Shown piece after piece: positions 10,187 through 19,690 of a stretch of 64,000 nucleotides of DNA; position 1 is the stretch's first letter, and each line of letters begins with the position of its first letter. A model generated the notes under the pieces. It was not told where the DNA came from. It did not search any database and saw only the letters and a list, made by a program, of their open reading frames with translations. Source of the stretch: an uncultured Holdemanella sp. (GTDB taxonomy: Bacteria; Bacillota_I; Bacilli_A; Erysipelotrichales; Erysipelotrichaceae); NCBI RefSeq assembly GCF_900754615.1, contig NZ_CAAEDN010000006.1. The stretch is one strand, 5' to 3'. The translations under genes were made by a program, and so were the position numbers.

Positions 10187-11316
10187 TCCCGATACCCCTG
10201 CATTCTAGCCGCCTCATACAAAGGATGTAGATGTGCTTCTAATTTATGTTTAAACACATCTTCCGTATTTCCTTTGACATACAACTCTTCAACAGCCCAA
10301 AGAGATTGAAGATTTTTTGCGTAACACTTCTCAAATAATGTATGAATCGAATCATATTCTACAACGCTCTTATATAAGTCATACTCCATACTCGCCATTT
10401 TATTAAAATATAGATTCCATTCAGGTAAGTTATTACTCTTTGAACGATTCACACTCGCATTGCTAGGCACTAAATTCCACACCTCATCATGAGCTACATA
10501 AGACCAAGGAATGAAATGATCCACATCAAAGGATGATTCTAATTTATTACCTGTAAATATATCCAGAATTTCTTTATTTGACACTTCAATATGTGCATTC
10601 CACAAATCACGCACCCTCTCTAAATGTCTTACACTATTTCTTTCATCATCCAACTTATTTATAATTCCTGGAACTCCCGGATTAATCATTTGAAGAAACT
10701 GAATCTTATTATACTGAATCCAGTTTTTAATAATCATATAATTATCCATCAAGAAAGGAAGCCATACATCTTGTAACACGACCATCTTTTGAATCCCTGT
10801 TCCATTCTCAATAATATAAGGAAGGCTAACCTCTTGATTCAACATTTGAATATATTCAATACGATACGCATCCCCCTTATCCTTTGTAAGTTCAGATGAA
10901 AAGCTACTCAATAATTTATAGGGAACATTCTCCGCTAGTTTTTTCTTATATTCTAAAATCAAAGCATTCTGTTCTTTTAATACACTACGAATTTCATCCG
11001 GCTTTGAATTCTCATTCAACAAAGTATTTTGAACTAACACATCTATCGCTCGATTGATCGCATCTCTTCTTTGTCCTTCAATGATTGGCCCCAAAAACAA
11101 GTGATACTGCGTAACTGTATACCAAGCTGAAACAATCATCTCATCAAAGATTTCATCAAAAGAAAAGCGTCGTTTTTTCAACATTAAATTCATAATGGCA
11201 TCTAACCAATAGAATTTGTAACATTGCGTAGGATGCTCCAACATATTTCCAAAGGCACGATAATCTAGTTCTCCAGAATATTCATCCCTTTTTATAAATT
11301 CCATATTCATACCCAT
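10174..11316 (-). CDS. HNH endonuclease with a large N-terminal domain
   Basis: DVDHFIPWS...WNLVPSNASVNRSKSN HNH motif; N-terminal YKFYWLDAI block. Confidence 0.82.
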   Translation of the reverse strand: MGMNMEFIKRDEYSGELDYRAFGNMLEHPTQCYKFYWLDAIMNLMLKKRRFSFDEIFDEMIVSAWYTVTQYHLFLGPIIEGQRRDAINRAIDVLVQNTLLNENSKPDEIRSVLKEQNALILEYKKKLAENVPYKLLSSFSSELTKDKGDAYRIEYIQMLNQEVSLPYIIENGTGIQKMVVLQDVWLPFLMDNYMIIKNWIQYNKIQFLQMINPGVPGIINKLDDERNSVRHLERVRDLWNAHIEVSNKEILDIFTGNKLESSFDVDHFIPWSYVAHDEVWNLVPSNASVNRSKSNNLPEWNLYFNKMASMEYDLYKSVVEYDSIHTLFEKCYAKNLQSLWAVEELYVKGNTEDVFKHKLEAHLHPLYEAARMQGYREWKI

Positions 11317-11405
11317 ATTTCTTTCTAAGACTATTATAACCTTTTCGATCTATGATTTCATTTTTATGCTGGTATAATACTAATTAAAGATATGGAGTTT
11401 TAATT

Positions 11406-14255
11406 ATGAACTATCAAAATATACAGAACGGTCTATCTACCGCATTTCTAAATAAAAATATATCTTCCAATACCTTATATCGACCTCAATTTATTTCGAA
11501 CGACTATAAGAATGGAAAAAAAGTATTAAGTACAATTGAAGATGAATTATTACACTGCGATTCCTTTCTAATCAGTGTCGCCTTTATCACCATGGGAGGT
11601 ATTACCCCCTTGCTTCAAACCCTTCGTACTTTAGAAGATAAAGGCATCAAAGGAAAGATTCTAACAACCGATTATCTAGCTTTTAGCGATCCTAAAGCAC
11701 TAGATAAACTCGCCACATTTTCTAATATTGAACTTAAGATGTATCTAGTACCCGACTCAAAAAATGGTTTTCATACTAAAGGATATATCTTTCAATCCGA
11801 TGAAATCTATAAGATTCTTATTGGTTCTAGTAATATGACAAATACAGCACTTACCACAAATCGTGAATGGAATACGAAAATTGTTTCTACTAAATCCGGT
11901 GAGTTTGTATCTGAAATGCTTGAGGAATTTGATAGTCTCTGGAATCATTCGAATACACATTCTTACAATGAATTTATCGGTGCTTATCGAGTGCATTATG
12001 AAGAATACAAGAAAGTCAAACAAAAAGAAAAAATCGAACTTCCTTCTAAACAACTCATTCCGAATTCTATGCAGCAAGCCTTTATTTCAAGTCTTAGAAA
12101 CATACGTAATTTGAATGAATCCAAAGCTCTTCTAATCAGTGCAACGGGAACAGGAAAAACATACGCCTCTGCATTTGCACTTCAAGATCAAAATCCAAAA
12201 AGAGCCTTATTCCTTGTTCATAGAGAACAAATTGCCAAACAAGCTCTTCAAAGCTATAAAAATGTATTTGGCAATACAAAAACATTCGGTCTATTATCTG
12301 GAAATAGTAAAGATACTAATGTAGACTACTTGTTCGCAACTATGCAAACCATGTCTAAAAAAGAAGTGTATTCTAGTTTTGCCCCTGATACATTTGACAC
12401 CATCATTATTGATGAAGCCCATCGCATTGGTGCAAAAAGCTACCAGGAAATCATGGACTACTTTAAACCAAAATTTTGGCTAGGCATGTCGGCAAGCCCA
12501 GAAAGAACAGATGACTTTGATGTCTATGCCGCCTTCGACCATAATATTGCCTATGAAATACGTCTTCAACAAGCTCTCGAAGAAAACCTATTATGCCCAT
12601 TCCATTATTTTGGGATTACCGATTTATTAACAAATGGAAATGAAACGGATTTTACGGACTTTAACTATTTAACATCCAACCAAAGAGTCGACTATATTAT
12701 CGAACAAACCAATTACTACGGTTATAGTGGAGAACGAGTCAAGGGACTTATGTTTTGCAGTTCTAAAAAAGAAGCAGCTGCCCTTAGTGAAAGACTAAAT
12801 CTAAGAGGCTATCGAACACTTGCCCTAAGTGGCGAGGATTCTCAAGAAAAAAGAGAAGATGCGATTGATCGATTAGTATCCAACACACGAAATGACTATC
12901 TACAATACATATTAACAGTGGATATTTTTAATGAAGGTGTGGATATTCCAGAAATTAATCAAGTTGTCCTTTTAAGGCCCACACAATCTCCTATTGTCTT
13001 TGTGCAACAATTAGGTCGAGGCCTAAGAAAATCACAAGACAAAGAATACGTTGTCATTCTAGACTTCATTGGAAATTACAAGAATAACTTTATGATACCA
13101 ATTGCCCTATCTGGAGATCGTTCTTACAACAAAGATAACATCAGACGTTACGTGATGGAAGGAGAAAGAATCATTCCGGGATCAAGTACAATACACTTTG
13201 ATGAAATCAGTAAGAAACAAATCTTCGCATCCATTGATACAGCTAACTTTGCGGACATCAAACTCATTAAGGACAGCTATAAAAATCTGAAAAATAAACT
13301 TGGAAAAATCCCAACCCTTATGGATTTTGAAAACTATGGCGAAATAAATGTACAAAGAATCTTCGACAATAAATCATTAGGATCTTACTATGCTTTTTTA
13401 AAGAAATATGAAAAGGATTATAAGATCAGGTTGAATGAACTTGAAGAAAGCTTTATTAAATTCATTTGTACAAAACTTGCCAATGGAAAAAGAAAAACAG
13501 AACTTGAAGTATTAAATGATTTAATCAATAATCAAGATTATATTTTTCCAAATAATCTATCCCAAACAAATATCATGAACATCTTCACCAATGAATTCCC
13601 TACTGGTTCTGGAAAGAATACATTTAAAGATTGTATTTTTATGGAAGATAAGAAGATTTCTAAATCATTTAAAACATGTTTAGAAAACAATGATTTTAAA
13701 TCCATGTTGAAAGAAATCATTGAATATGGGTTAGACCATTACAACAAATATTATAAGAACACGTATAAAGATACAAACTTTGTACTCTACCAAAAATATA
13801 CATATGAAGATGCCTGTCGCCTGTTAAATTGGCAACACAATGAAGTTCCATTAAATATTGGCGGATACAAATATGATCAAACAACCAAAACATTCCCTGT
13901 CTTTATCAATTATGACAAGGCAAATGATATTCAAGATACAATCAAATATGAAGATCATTTTATCAATGAAAGTCAATTGATTGCGATATCCAAATCAGGA
14001 AGAACCACAAGCAGTGATGACGTACAAAACTTCTTGTACGCCAAAGAAAGAGGCATTGAAATCCATTTGTTTGTGAGAAAAAATAAAGATGATAAGACAA
14101 GTAAAGAATTCTATTATTTAGGCAATATGAAAGCAGAAATAGACAAGGCCAAACAGTTCATGATGCCAAACACACAAAAAACAGCCGTCGAAATCTTATG
14201 GCAACTAGATACACCCGTAAGAGAAGACATTTATCGATATATCGTAGAGGAGTGA
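11406..14255 (+). CDS. PLD nuclease-SF2 helicase-DUF3427 protein, SauUSI-like type IV restriction enzyme
   Basis: FHTKGYIF...IGSSNMT (PLD); ATGTGKT, DEAH, VDIFNEGVDIP, QQLGRGLR; C-terminal recognition-type domain; 949 aa. Confidence 0.8.
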   Translation: MNYQNIQNGLSTAFLNKNISSNTLYRPQFISNDYKNGKKVLSTIEDELLHCDSFLISVAFITMGGITPLLQTLRTLEDKGIKGKILTTDYLAFSDPKALDKLATFSNIELKMYLVPDSKNGFHTKGYIFQSDEIYKILIGSSNMTNTALTTNREWNTKIVSTKSGEFVSEMLEEFDSLWNHSNTHSYNEFIGAYRVHYEEYKKVKQKEKIELPSKQLIPNSMQQAFISSLRNIRNLNESKALLISATGTGKTYASAFALQDQNPKRALFLVHREQIAKQALQSYKNVFGNTKTFGLLSGNSKDTNVDYLFATMQTMSKKEVYSSFAPDTFDTIIIDEAHRIGAKSYQEIMDYFKPKFWLGMSASPERTDDFDVYAAFDHNIAYEIRLQQALEENLLCPFHYFGITDLLTNGNETDFTDFNYLTSNQRVDYIIEQTNYYGYSGERVKGLMFCSSKKEAAALSERLNLRGYRTLALSGEDSQEKREDAIDRLVSNTRNDYLQYILTVDIFNEGVDIPEINQVVLLRPTQSPIVFVQQLGRGLRKSQDKEYVVILDFIGNYKNNFMIPIALSGDRSYNKDNIRRYVMEGERIIPGSSTIHFDEISKKQIFASIDTANFADIKLIKDSYKNLKNKLGKIPTLMDFENYGEINVQRIFDNKSLGSYYAFLKKYEKDYKIRLNELEESFIKFICTKLANGKRKTELEVLNDLINNQDYIFPNNLSQTNIMNIFTNEFPTGSGKNTFKDCIFMEDKKISKSFKTCLENNDFKSMLKEIIEYGLDHYNKYYKNTYKDTNFVLYQKYTYEDACRLLNWQHNEVPLNIGGYKYDQTTKTFPVFINYDKANDIQDTIKYEDHFINESQLIAISKSGRTTSSDDVQNFLYAKERGIEIHLFVRKNKDDKTSKEFYYLGNMKAEIDKAKQFMMPNTQKTAVEILWQLDTPVREDIYRYIVEE

Positions 14256-14259
14256 TTTT

Positions 14260-14646
14260 TTGAAAACAATACACGTAGTAGCCGCCATTATCAAAGATGG
14301 AAATAAAATATTCGCCACTCAAAGAGGCTATGGCGAATTTAAAGACGGATGGGAATTTCCAGGAGGAAAAGTAGAACCTAATGAAACAAGTAAACAAGCC
14401 ATTGTTCGAGAAATTAAAGAAGAATTAGATACAACTATTCAAGTAGAAGAATATTTTGATACAGTCGAATACGACTATCCAAACTTCCACCTATCGATGG
14501 AATGTTTCATTTGTACAATACTTGAAGGTAAGCTAACTCTATTAGAACACGAATCCGCTAAGTGGCTTACTAAAGAAACATTAGATTCAGTAGATTGGCT
14601 ACCTGCAGATCTAGGATTAATAACAAAATTAAAAGAAGTATTATAA
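14260..14646 (+). CDS. mutT: NUDIX hydrolase (MutT-like)
   Basis: WEFPGGKVEPNETSKQAIVREIKEEL Nudix box; TTG start 4 nt after the helicase stop. Confidence 0.88.
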   Translation: MKTIHVVAAIIKDGNKIFATQRGYGEFKDGWEFPGGKVEPNETSKQAIVREIKEELDTTIQVEEYFDTVEYDYPNFHLSMECFICTILEGKLTLLEHESAKWLTKETLDSVDWLPADLGLITKLKEVL

Positions 14647-14672
14647 TCCCATACAACATTTTAAAGGACAAG

Positions 14673-14716
14673 AAAATGAGCATTTTACCTTTACATAAAA
14701 GACAAATGCTCATTTT
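14673..14716 (+). terminator. Terminator-like hairpin after mutT
   Basis: AAAATGAGCATTT / AAATGCTCATTTT followed by T-rich sequence. Confidence 0.6.
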
Positions 14717-14903
14717 TATTTTATCCAACTGTCAAATAATCAACAAATTTACAGAAATTAATAATGTTTTCACATTGAAGTTTTATAATTAGAATTGGCT
14801 ACTTGATGTGGTTGGTGGTTACCTCTTGTTAAGGAGATTTGAAGCCTTGAATCTTGAGTTCCAGGTAAGTAGATCTTTCTATTTTTTTACAGGAGGAAAG
14901 CTT

Positions 14904-15005
14904 ATGTATATATATCTACATATTGATGTTGCTTTTGTGTTGTTTGCCGTGGTAGAAATACTAAAAGTAACATTAATTATTATAGAAAAATGCAAAAAGC
15001 ACTAA
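14904..15005 (+). CDS. 33-aa hydrophobic peptide, putative type I toxin
   Basis: AGGAGG at 14891-14896; MYIYLHIDVAFVLFAVVEILKVTLIIIEKCKKH; hairpin 14997-15037. Confidence 0.6.
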   Translation: MYIYLHIDVAFVLFAVVEILKVTLIIIEKCKKH

Positions 15006-15486
15006 TCACCACTGACAATGGACATAGATTAGTGCTTCAGCATTAATTTTATTTCAGAGTAACCACTGCTTTTCCAGTAGTCGTTCTCTATATGTATTAT
15101 ACAAAGAAACCAAATGTATTTCCACAAGAAAAGCTTAAAATCCCACACAACATTTTATTAATATTAAAAACACTTGTATTCACTTTATATAAAGCTAATA
15201 TTAAGATTTTTATGTGATTCAACTGCCAAAAAAAAGAATAATTCAAACGAACTATCCTTTCTTTGGTTGAATCCAATATACACTTTCTGCAATACGAACT
15301 TTCAAACCATCCATTATCATTTCTTTTTGTTGAAAGTTTGCCAAAACATTCAAGCGATTCCAAAAAGTTCTTTCGCAAATGGATTTACCATCAATAAAAC
15401 ATTCCATTTTACTTCTCCCTCGAGGACTATCATAGAATATTCTGAATCCGCTTACAAGTCTTGACTTTTTTTATTTTTATGATTCT

Positions 15487-18207
15487 CTATTTCACTGAAA
15501 TAACTGTGTAACCTGCATTTATCACGGCATCACTCAACATTTGATCAGTAACATCATCTGTACAATTTAATGTAGCTGTTTTTTCATCTAAACTAACCTC
15601 CACATCACTGACACCTTCTACTTTACTTAGAGCATCCTTTACATGTGCCACACAATGCATACACATCATACCATCTACGGTTACTACTTTTTTCATTTTC
15701 TTTTCCTCCTTATATTCAACAGGAATATAACCTGCATCTTTAACGGCCTGCTTTAAAGCCACCTTATTTACTTGTTGTACATACTCAATATCGGCCTTAC
15801 CCAAATTATAATCCACACGCGCTTCTTTTACATTCGGAACCTTCATTAAAGCATCTTTAACCAACCATGCACAATGCCCACAAGACATACCATCAATCTG
15901 CATTGTGTAGGTTTCTACTTCTTCGCTTTGAATCCTTGGCTTAAAGAAACGAAGTCTTAATGCATTTGTGACAACACAAACACTACTCAAAGACATACAT
16001 GCAGAACCAATCATTGGTGATAATCTTAGTCCCAATGCAGGATACAATAAACCTGCCGCCACTGGAATTCCTAGAATGTTGTAGAAGAATGCCCAGAATA
16101 AGTTCATCTTGATATTTTTGATAACATCACTCGATAAATCCATCGCTGTTACAACATCCAATAAAGAACTCTTCATTAAGATCACATCGGCACTATCCAA
16201 GGCAATATCGGTTCCAGCACCAATCGCAACACCGATATCTGCACGCATTAAAGCAGGCGCATCATTGATACCATCACCAACCATCATAACCTTCTTACCT
16301 TGTTCTTGAAGCTTACGAATCACACTCTCTTTATCTTGTGGCAATACATCACTGATGACTTCATCCACACTTAAAGATTTTCCAATCGCATTGGCCGTTT
16401 TTTGATTATCCCCTGTCAACATGACCACATGTATATTTTTCTTTTTAAACTGCTCCAAAGCCACCTTGCTTGTACTGCGAATTGTATCTGCTACACAAAT
16501 TAAACCAATCACAGAATGATCTTCCACAAAAATCATTGGTGTTTGACCTAAACTTGCATAAGAATCTAAATCCGATAAAACAGTTTGATTTAAAATCACA
16601 TTATTTTCTTCCAGAAATCTTTTATTGCCCGCCAAGTACATATGTCCATTTATACTTGCCTGAACACCACGACCTGAAATATTCATAAAGTTTTCATACT
16701 GTTGAACTTTTATATTTTTTTCTTTCGCATACGTCACAATAGCCTGACCCAAAGGATGTAAAGAACCGCTCTCTAAGCTAGCCGCAATGGAAACAAAATC
16801 ATTTACACTTATATTTTTATATACCTTGATACCTTGAACACTTGGCTTACCTGAAGTAATCGTACCCGTCTTATCCAGTACAATTGTATCAATCGAATGC
16901 AACTGCTCTAAAATGGCAGCCGACTTAATTAAGATACCATTTTCTGCAGCCTTACCAGTACCCACCATAATTGCGACAGGCGTAGCTAAACCTAAAGCAC
17001 AAGGGCAAGAAATCACAAGTACACTAATCGCATTGGAAAGCGCAAACTGAACTGTTTGACCACTAACGAACCATGCAAGTCCAGTAATTAAAGCAATTAG
17101 AATAACTACTGGAACAAAAATACCACTTACCTTATCTGCCAATCTTGCGATGGGTGCTTTTGAATTTCCAGCATCATCTACCAATTGAATGATCTTCGCT
17201 AGAGTTGTATCCTCCCCAACTTTTTCAGCCTCAAACTGAAAACTTCCATTCTCATTCATTGTAGCCGATATGACCGAATCCCCGACATTCTTTTCTACCG
17301 GAAGACTCTCTCCTGTAATCGCCGACTGATCCACATAGCCTGTACCTGAAATGACTTTTCCATCCACAGGAATTCTTTGTCCTGGACGAATCACAACAAT
17401 ATCGTGAATTCGAATACTTTCACTCGACACAACAATTTCTTTGCCATCCCTTAAAATTGTCGCATTTTTAGGTGCCAGATCCACCAACTTATCTAAGGCA
17501 TCACTCGTTTTCGCCTTGGATCTAGACTCCAGATACTTTCCAACACTCACTAAAGTCACAATCGTTGCAGCGGATTCAAAATATAAAGAGTGCATCGCCA
17601 TATGTGCCATTTCAATGTCTTGCATACCAAAATAATAGGCCATTTGATAAATACCTACCAAACCATATACGAGACTTGCACCTGAACCAATCGCAACCAA
17701 AGAATCCATATTTGGAGCCTTATTAATCAAAGCCTTAAAACCTGTAATAAAGAAATGTCTTTGAATAAACAAAATACATAGACAAAGAATCAACTGTGTT
17801 AGAGCCGAAACCATCATCCATTCCATGCCCTCTAAAATAGGAAGACCTACCATAGGTCCCATCGCAATCAAAAGTAATGGAATCAACAAAATTAAACTAA
17901 ATACTAATCTTTGTTTGGCTTTTTTTTGATCCAATTCCACTCGATCCTGTCGATTCTGCCATTCCTTACGAAAACCAGACTGCTCATTTTGACTAGCGCC
18001 ATGCACACTTGCACCATAACCAATTTGGTTGACCACATCACAAATTGTTTGTTCATTCACCTTGCTTTCATCAAACTCAACCTTCATCGAATTCGACAAT
18101 AAAGAAACATCACAATGATGAACCCCATCCAACTTACTCACAACTCTTGTCACATTGGCCTGACAAGCCGCACATGTCATACCTGTCACATCAAATTTTT
18201 CTTCCAT
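15487..18207 (-). CDS. copA: Copper-translocating P1B-type ATPase with 1 N-terminal and 2 C-terminal HMA domains
   Basis: GMTCAAC, TGES, CPCALGLATP, DKTGT, GDGINDAP; C-terminal GMSCGHC and GMMCMHC. Confidence 0.93.
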   Translation of the reverse strand: MEEKFDVTGMTCAACQANVTRVVSKLDGVHHCDVSLLSNSMKVEFDESKVNEQTICDVVNQIGYGASVHGASQNEQSGFRKEWQNRQDRVELDQKKAKQRLVFSLILLIPLLLIAMGPMVGLPILEGMEWMMVSALTQLILCLCILFIQRHFFITGFKALINKAPNMDSLVAIGSGASLVYGLVGIYQMAYYFGMQDIEMAHMAMHSLYFESAATIVTLVSVGKYLESRSKAKTSDALDKLVDLAPKNATILRDGKEIVVSSESIRIHDIVVIRPGQRIPVDGKVISGTGYVDQSAITGESLPVEKNVGDSVISATMNENGSFQFEAEKVGEDTTLAKIIQLVDDAGNSKAPIARLADKVSGIFVPVVILIALITGLAWFVSGQTVQFALSNAISVLVISCPCALGLATPVAIMVGTGKAAENGILIKSAAILEQLHSIDTIVLDKTGTITSGKPSVQGIKVYKNISVNDFVSIAASLESGSLHPLGQAIVTYAKEKNIKVQQYENFMNISGRGVQASINGHMYLAGNKRFLEENNVILNQTVLSDLDSYASLGQTPMIFVEDHSVIGLICVADTIRSTSKVALEQFKKKNIHVVMLTGDNQKTANAIGKSLSVDEVISDVLPQDKESVIRKLQEQGKKVMMVGDGINDAPALMRADIGVAIGAGTDIALDSADVILMKSSLLDVVTAMDLSSDVIKNIKMNLFWAFFYNILGIPVAAGLLYPALGLRLSPMIGSACMSLSSVCVVTNALRLRFFKPRIQSEEVETYTMQIDGMSCGHCAWLVKDALMKVPNVKEARVDYNLGKADIEYVQQVNKVALKQAVKDAGYIPVEYKEEKKMKKVVTVDGMMCMHCVAHVKDALSKVEGVSDVEVSLDEKTATLNCTDDVTDQMLSDAVINAGYTVISVK

Positions 18208-18216
18208 TAAAACCAC

Positions 18217-18510
18217 CTACTTTAATTTCTTTACTAAATCCATAACCTCACTCATGATTTCTGTATTTCCATTTTGCACATCCTCAACCACACACGTATT
18301 CAAATGCTCCTGCAAAACAATATATCCAAATGCCTGCAAAGCACTCTCTACAGCCGCTACCTGCACCAAGATATCTCCACAGTAGCGATTCTCCTTCAAC
18401 ATATTCTCAATTCCATTTAATTGCCCTACCATACGATGAAGGCGATTCGTCAATTGCTTGATTTCCTGCTCATCTCTAGGCTGATGTTTTTTATGACAAC
18501 AATCCTGCAT
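18217..18510 (-). CDS. csoR: Copper-sensing repressor CsoR
   Basis: RLHRMVGQLNGIENM...RYCGDILVQVAAV...EHLNTCV. Confidence 0.9.
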   Translation of the reverse strand: MQDCCHKKHQPRDEQEIKQLTNRLHRMVGQLNGIENMLKENRYCGDILVQVAAVESALQAFGYIVLQEHLNTCVVEDVQNGNTEIMSEVMDLVKKLK

Positions 18511-18534
18511 ATATATTTCACCTCGTACATAATA

Positions 18535-18555
18535 ATATACCCCCTATAGGTATAT
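18535..18555. promoter_or_regulatory. CsoR operator
   Basis: ATATACC-CCCTATA-GGTATAT pseudo-palindrome with a C-tract directly upstream of csoR. Confidence 0.75.
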
Positions 18556-18602
18556 TTCAAGCGATATGACTTGTGGCATAATAAAAGAAAGGAAATTACC
18601 AT

Positions 18603-18980
18603 ATGAAATATAATTATTACGTGTACCTGCCAAGAATTGGAAGTATTCTTGTCATGTTTTTAACGTGCAGTGCACTCTTCTCAAAAGAAATAATATTTAA
18701 TATCATATACCTCGTTTTTGTCGTGCTACTTAGTCAAATTCTATTTATATATGAAAAGAAACTATTAAAAAACAATGAACCACAATACCAAAAAATTAGT
18801 TTTCGCGATTCATTGTTGATGTATCCCATTCTATTAAAAATTGAACTCTTCCTATTTGCGATTGTCAGCCTATTTAGTATATTGATCCTTCTATGCATCA
18901 ATAAAACCATTATGGCACTCATCACATTTGGAATTATCACAATTATTATTTCACTCTATCTAAACATGCGAAGACACTAG
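18603..18980 (+). CDS. Small membrane protein of unknown function
   Basis: SD AAGGA; about 4 TM segments. Confidence 0.6.
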   Translation: MKYNYYVYLPRIGSILVMFLTCSALFSKEIIFNIIYLVFVVLLSQILFIYEKKLLKNNEPQYQKISFRDSLLMYPILLKIELFLFAIVSLFSILILLCINKTIMALITFGIITIIISLYLNMRRH

Positions 18981-19690
18981 TCTTCCTTTTTTTCTGTCTG
19001 ACGCAACATACGATAACCAACCCCTACATGTGTCTGAATATATTTTGGGTTAGAAGTATCTGGCTCAATTTTTTTACGTAAAGTTGCCATAAACACTCTT
19101 AGACTTGGAGTTTCCGTACCTTGCACACTTCCCCAGACTTCTCCCATAATATAATTATGTGTTAATACCTTATCTGTATTTTTAGCTAAAACACACAATA
19201 ATTTATATTCAATTGGCGTTAAATGAATCTCATGCCCATTCTCATATACACAACCTTGTGCATAATTAATTGTCAAATCTCCATTTTCATAGACACTTTC
19301 ATTCACACTTATAGTCTGACTATTATTTAATCTTCGAATCGTCACACGAAGTCTTGCCAACAATTCATCGACTGAAAAAGGTTTTGTCAAATAGTCATCA
19401 GCTCCTAAATCTAAAGCTTGTACTTTATCTTGATCCTCACTTCTTGCTGAAACTACAATAATTGGAATATTTGACCATGAACGAACCTTCTTGATTACTT
19501 CCAAACCATCCATATCCGGTAAACCTAAATCTAGAAGCATAATATCTGGATTATAAGAAAGAACACTCATGATACCTTGTTTAGCAGTTTTTGCCAAACG
19601 AAACTGATAGTTTTCCATTTCTAAAGTCGTCGTAATCAAATTTCCTACCGCAACATCATCTTCAATGACTAAGATCTGAACTTTATTCAT
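18977..19690 (-). CDS. kdpE: KdpE-like OmpR-family response regulator
   Basis: LDLGLPDMDG, IRSWS-like 'VRSWSNIPII', SLRVFMATLRKKIE, YIQTHVGVGYR. Confidence 0.88.
   Translation of the reverse strand: MNKVQILVIEDDVAVGNLITTTLEMENYQFRLAKTAKQGIMSVLSYNPDIMLLDLGLPDMDGLEVIKKVRSWSNIPIIVVSARSEDQDKVQALDLGADDYLTKPFSVDELLARLRVTIRRLNNSQTISVNESVYENGDLTINYAQGCVYENGHEIHLTPIEYKLLCVLAKNTDKVLTHNYIMGEVWGSVQGTETPSLRVFMATLRKKIEPDTSNPKYIQTHVGVGYRMLRQTEKKED

Noticed and set aside
14808..14903. 65-aa version of the small ORF starting at GTG 14808
   Set aside because: The strong SD precedes ATG 14904; the upstream part fits a structured 5' UTR better
15097..15464. Overlapping 93-aa and 96-aa ORFs
   Set aside because: No SD or recognisable motif; may be decayed sequence but cannot be assigned
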